Of a DNA stretch of 64,000 nt, positions 60,918 to 64,000 are shown one piece after another. The stretch lies in the sequence record NC_070936.1; one strand, given 5' to 3'. How positions within the stretch are numbered: the first letter of the stretch is position 1; each line of letters begins with the position of its first letter. Below the pieces are notes generated by a model, which was not told the DNA's origin, ran no database searches, and was given only the letters and a program-made list of their open reading frames with translations. The translations under genes and the position numbers were made by a program.

Positions 60918-61762
60918 TAACGTTTCCTTGGAACTGTCATCTTAATAGCATCAGACTTACCTTTCGGATCAGCGTATGCGAGATATTTCTTAATCTCATT
61001 ATTATAGAGATCTTTGAACTCTCTGTGTGCGTCTGCATAACCCTGGATGTCATCTTGAACATCCTCAACAGTAACACCGAAACGAGATACTGCTTCTTGC
61101 ATACCACGACGACAAGTTTTGTAGATATAAGCCTTTACACCTAACTCAACGAGTTCAGCAAACTTATCATACATTCTTGGTGGGATTACAGAGAAGTGTT
61201 CATCATAGGACAAGATGACTTTAGCAATCATGTTAAACATAGCCGAACCAGCATCACGGATAATAAATGAGTTATTACCTGTCATAGTGAAACTGGTGAA
61301 AGAACGTTGCACCTGTCCATCATCTAAACCATTAATTAAACGGTTAAGGCTGTTGTTCATCATACCAGAACCGCAAGCAGCATAGTTATTAAAGTTATAA
61401 CCATTATTGATAGCTCTGTTGATGTTACCTGGATAAACTTCGAGTACAGATAGGATACGACGACCCCCTGTCATAAAGTCAGGTACGTTTACAGCTATGA
61501 TACCGCCTGAAAGGTTTTCAATATGAGCCGCACTAAGATCAATGATCTCTGTTGTCCCACCTGCTACGTTTAACAGGGGACCGACCATCTTCATGATAAC
61601 CTTTTCACGGATACCTTGCTCAACAGTAAACTCGTCATTCACTGGAGACCAAATGCTACCATAACCGTTGTTTGGGTTATGAAACGCTAGTTTCAATAAA
61701 TATTCAGATATGTCAGTAGGTCCATTAATAACGTACTCTACTGAAAAGTCAACTGGATTCAC
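60917..61762 (-). CDS. conserved jumbo phage (putative virion) protein
   Basis: 281 aa; GTG start after AGGAGG. Confidence 0.65.
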   Translation of the reverse strand: MNPVDFSVEYVINGPTDISEYLLKLAFHNPNNGYGSIWSPVNDEFTVEQGIREKVIMKMVGPLLNVAGGTTEIIDLSAAHIENLSGGIIAVNVPDFMTGGRRILSVLEVYPGNINRAINNGYNFNNYAACGSGMMNNSLNRLINGLDDGQVQRSFTSFTMTGNNSFIIRDAGSAMFNMIAKVILSYDEHFSVIPPRMYDKFAELVELGVKAYIYKTCRRGMQEAVSRFGVTVEDVQDDIQGYADAHREFKDLYNNEIKKYLAYADPKGKSDAIKMTVPRKR

Positions 61763-61882
61763 GTTTGAACCCTCCTAATCACTATTTCGAAATAGACCTT
61801 TATAAAAGGCATTGATCTCACTATTCAACCATCCTAGGTTCATAATAGAGAGAAGACGTCATATGATTTAAAACTAAACAAA

Positions 61883-61927
61883 CATAAACCCCTACCCCTT
61901 CCTTTCGGAGGGAGTAGGGATTAAATG
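61883..61927. repeat. repeated intergenic hairpin, copy G, ending the minus-strand RNA locus
   Basis: cataaacccctaccccttcctttcggagggagtagggattaaatg; GAAA loop on the minus strand. Confidence 0.8.
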
Positions 61928-61929
61928 CT

Positions 61930-62867
61930 TGGCTACATGGACACTCGAAAGGATAATCAATAATGTCAGGGTTGCAAATCCCGTCTCATTACAATTACCC
62001 AGACGGCTGTCTACGGTTGATGTCAACAACTTCCCCTTGGCATAGGGGCGGACCGTTTGCACTTGGCTTGGTACGCTATAATGCCATATAGTTACCTTCC
62101 AATTTCAGCGCTGTTGTCTCACCCTTGAACATCGGGTGGTCGCTCACGGTTAGGGCACGACTGTTCTATGACGGTTCCACCAGTGCTGGAGACACTTAAA
62201 TGGATACCCGTTTCGTCTAATTATTTATTGTCGCCAGACTCGTCAGATAGTACGACATACCCTCACCAAAGGGATTAGGTTGGTCCTCTGATATCGCATG
62301 AGTAACTATGTTACTCTCATAGGCTCTTTGAACATCAATGTTCAACCTTAAGTTATGCTTTCGTTCAGAAGGACCGATGGGATGTGTTCCCGCATCATCA
62401 ACTCTCAAGCTCATCACAGTTTCTGCATATATAGCTAGGGTTTGTTCGACGCCAGAACACAAAGGGGTACAGCGTTCCCAACTTTTGATAGATATTGTTT
62501 TTTATGACCGCCCAGGATGGAGTTCGGGTTCTACCATCATCGATAACCCAATAGTCACGTATCGGGAGTGCATTCAGCTTATGCTACTGGACATTCTATC
62601 AAACGCGCTGCTATGTCGCCGAGGTTTACCAGGGCAACACCCACCAGAGGCTACTTACTATAGCGGACTACCGCCGCCGTTCACACTCTGGGTTTTTAAC
62701 TCGGCCTACATTGCCGAGTACTGCCTCCGTAATTTGTCTGCCCAGTGGGGCCGAACTCTACGGAGGTCTTACATCCCAATACCGTTGACTGGCAAACCCC
62801 TTCCAACCCCGGATCAACCGGCTCATTGGACCAGACTTACACTTCCCAACTTAACTGGGTTACTACA
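61930..62867 (-). ncRNA. candidate giant structured noncoding RNA (~930 nt)
   Basis: No credible ORF, visibly higher GC than the coding DNA, dense nested helices found by hand; runs from the tRNA CCA end to the terminator hairpin. Confidence 0.7.
62152..62263 (-). ncRNA. type I hammerhead ribozyme; predicted cleavage between 62170 and 62169 (GUC|A)
   Basis: CUAU-CUGACGA-[GUCUGG/UUAGAC stem II]-GAAA-[CGG/CCG stem III]-UC-AUAG: all core nucleotides match consensus; loop II CGACA can pair with upstream UGUCG. Confidence 0.85.
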
Positions 62868-62944
62868 TGGTGGCCCTGACAGGACTTGAACCTGTGACCA
62901 GGCGATTATGAGTCACTTGCTCTAACCAGCTGAGCTACAGGACC
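62868..62944 (-). tRNA. tRNA with CAT anticodon, most likely tRNA-Ile2 (lysidine type)
   Basis: 77-nt cloverleaf with encoded CCA; C4-G69, C5-G68 and GA-CTCATAA-TC resemble bacterial Ile2 rather than Met. Confidence 0.85.
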
Positions 62945-62952
62945 ATTGCTTG

Positions 62953-63192
62953 TTATGCTTCTACTGCTTTCAGATGACGGTCAAGATCTTCGTAACCACC
63001 AACATACTGATCGTCAACTACGATCTGCGGAACAGTACGAACTGGACGACCGACGATTTCACCCAATTTGGCGCCATCAATACCAGCTTCTACGATATTG
63101 ATATATTCAACTTCAGCACCTTTGGAATCAGCCAGTGCTTTGGCGCGATCACACCAAGGGCAATTCGGTTTGCCGTAGATTACAACTTTCAT
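62953..63192 (-). CDS. grxA: glutaredoxin
   Basis: CPWC active site, TVPQI, GGY. Confidence 0.9.
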   Translation of the reverse strand: MKVVIYGKPNCPWCDRAKALADSKGAEVEYINIVEAGIDGAKLGEIVGRPVRTVPQIVVDDQYVGGYEDLDRHLKAVEA

Positions 63193-63200
63193 TTATTTTC

Positions 63201-63329
63201 CTAACTGATTGTAATATGAATAAAACTGAATATCCAAATGAGGAATTCAATAACTCCCCATCCGATAACCCCACAGATGAGACCAGCTACTATCAAGGCC
63301 CCTGTCCAGGGCCCACTAGAATAAAACAT
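63201..63329 (-). CDS. small hydrophobic membrane peptide (42 aa, missed by the ORF track)
   Basis: AAGGGA RBS; MFYSSGPWTGALIVAGLICGVIGWGVIEFLIWIFSFIHITIS. Confidence 0.6.
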   Translation of the reverse strand: MFYSSGPWTGALIVAGLICGVIGWGVIEFLIWIFSFIHITIS

Positions 63330-63344
63330 GTGTATCCCTTAAAG

Positions 63345-63421
63345 TGGTCCGCTCTGCTGGGCTCGAACCAGCGACCGATTGCTTAGAAGGCAATTGCTCT
63401 ATCCTACTGAGCTAAGAGCGG
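63345..63421 (-). tRNA. tRNA-Arg(TCT)
   Basis: 77-nt cloverleaf; anticodon arm ATTGC-CT-TCT-AA-GCAAT; encoded CCA. Confidence 0.92.
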
Positions 63422-63429
63422 TGAATAGC

Positions 63430-63516
63430 TATCGGGAGTAAGATTCGAACCTACATAGTCTTACGGACGTATCCGCCTTCGAATTCCCTCACTAAGTTTA
63501 AATAGACTATCCCGAA
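63430..63516 (-). ncRNA. tRNA-like element B (acceptor and T arm intact, no anticodon arm)
   Basis: TCGGGA/TCCCGA acceptor; GTAGG-TTCGAAT-CTTAC T arm; internal TAGTCT/AGACTA helix; no CCA. Confidence 0.5.
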
Positions 63517-63533
63517 AAGTGGCACTTATGATA

Positions 63534-63638
63534 GGTCTCGAGGTCAGGACTCTAACCTGACTACTGCGATGATGTCCAGTGGTAGAAACTAATCATCCAC
63601 CATCACATCACTGCGATGTCTTCAACGACATCCTCGAA
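63534..63638 (-). ncRNA. tRNA-like element A (105 nt, elongated anticodon-position arm)
   Basis: TTCGAGG/CCTCGAG acceptor plus A-C-C; TCAGG-TTAGAGT-CCTGA T-like arm; GTC/GAC D-like arm; long TGGTGGA/TCTACCA arm. Confidence 0.55.
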
Positions 63639-63644
63639 GTTGGA

Positions 63645-63738
63645 ATTACACACCGAGTAACCGATAGGTGGGAAGTGGATCCCAGGTATGCGTTTTAGGC
63701 CCTGGCCTGTTGTACCCCGGTTGCACTCAGCATGTAAT
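63645..63738 (-). ncRNA. 94-nt hairpin RNA between tRNA-Asn and tRNA-like element A
   Basis: 14-bp closing helix ATTACATGCTGAGT/ACTCGGTGTGTAAT, then AACCG/CGGTT and inner CCAGG/CCTGG. Confidence 0.5.
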
Positions 63739-63741
63739 AGT

Positions 63742-63815
63742 TGGCTGGGGTAGTTGGGATTGAACCAACGTCCAGGGATTAACAGTCCCCCGCTAAACCA
63801 CTCAGCTATACCCCA
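63742..63815 (-). tRNA. tRNA-Asn(GTT)
   Basis: 74-nt cloverleaf; GGGGA-CT-GTT-AA-TCCCT; discriminator G; encoded CCA. Confidence 0.88.
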
Positions 63816-64000
63816 TTAAACTTTTGGCTCTATTCCTTGTTTAATACAGTTGTTGCGATATCCATCCAAATCGAATATCCCATCAACCATATTCTTCATT
63901 AGGGTTTTCATCCCCAATCCAGTTCCCTTTGCTGCCTTTCTTGCAGAAGAATAAACTACATTACCCACGGTCCAACCATTTGGTCTAGACATCTTAACAT
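63816..64000 (-). CDS. 3' end of a probable homing endonuclease gene (NUMOD1/IENR1-like HTH), truncated by the window end
   Basis: Open frame ...WTVGNVVYSSARKAAKGTGLGMKTL...EPKV*; Y.S.R.AA...G resembles the DNA-binding module of free-standing homing endonucleases. Confidence 0.5.
   Translation of the reverse strand, partial: VKMSRPNGWTVGNVVYSSARKAAKGTGLGMKTLMKNMVDGIFDLDGYRNNCIKQGIEPKV

Noticed and set aside
62050-62100. Twister-like GT.CCAAGCC string
   Set aside because: The neighbouring bases form a simple CTATA/TATAG hairpin and the twister pseudoknots are absent.
62484-62603. Possible HDV-like/theta ribozyme (P1 GTCCAG/CTGGGC followed by GG)
   Set aside because: P2, P3 and P4 could not be built convincingly and no catalytic C-R-A junction was found.
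61930-62867. Possibility that the large RNA is tmRNA, RNase P RNA, or a group I/II intron
   Set aside because: No tmRNA acceptor or tag ORF, no RNase P GAAAGUCC/P4 motif, no ordered group I P7 (R then S) elements and no group II domain V; a CM search is still needed.
62338-62889. 183-aa plus-strand ORF and 81-aa minus-strand ORF (62217..62462) in the ncRNA region
   Set aside because: No RBS, atypical composition and codons, overlap with the tRNA, and expected by chance in GC-richer structured DNA.
63135-63386. 83-aa plus-strand ORF
   Set aside because: Antisense to tRNA-Arg, the 42-aa peptide and grx.
1-64000. CRISPR array or stop-codon recoding
   Set aside because: No regularly spaced repeat-spacer array was seen, and long genes read through under the standard code with TAA, TGA and TAG all used as stops.

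Overview
This is 64 kb of a phiKZ-related, nucleus-forming jumbo phage (Chimalliviridae-like). The gene order, recalled from memory rather than searched, resembles the SPN3US/Erwinia jumbo phage arrangement. It uses the standard genetic code and has AT-rich coding DNA. The window holds four of the five virion RNA polymerase subunits (betaC, beta'M, betaN, beta'C), a UvsX/RecA-like recombinase, a SNF2 helicase, an RNase H-like protein lacking its catalytic acids, inner-head proteins and the prohead protease. It also holds a 2395-aa tail lysin/tape-measure protein with a GH19 domain, an endolysin, tail tube and sheath, baseplate-type proteins, a terminase large subunit interrupted by a class 3 LAGLIDADG intein, thymidylate kinase and glutaredoxin. 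An accessory early-gene island (37.5-46.5 kb) is driven by a repeated TTCA-N5-ATATTAT-N4-GTG promoter-like motif. A family of GNRA-capped hairpins marks most convergent gene junctions. The most unusual part is the minus-strand RNA locus at 61.9-63.8 kb. It contains three tRNAs (Asn, Arg, Ile2/CAT), two tRNA-like RNAs with rebuilt cores and a 94-nt hairpin RNA. It also contains a ~930-nt, highly base-paired RNA with no credible ORF, starting at the tRNA CCA end and carrying a consensus-perfect type I hammerhead ribozyme. All family assignments come from motif reading only; no database search was run.
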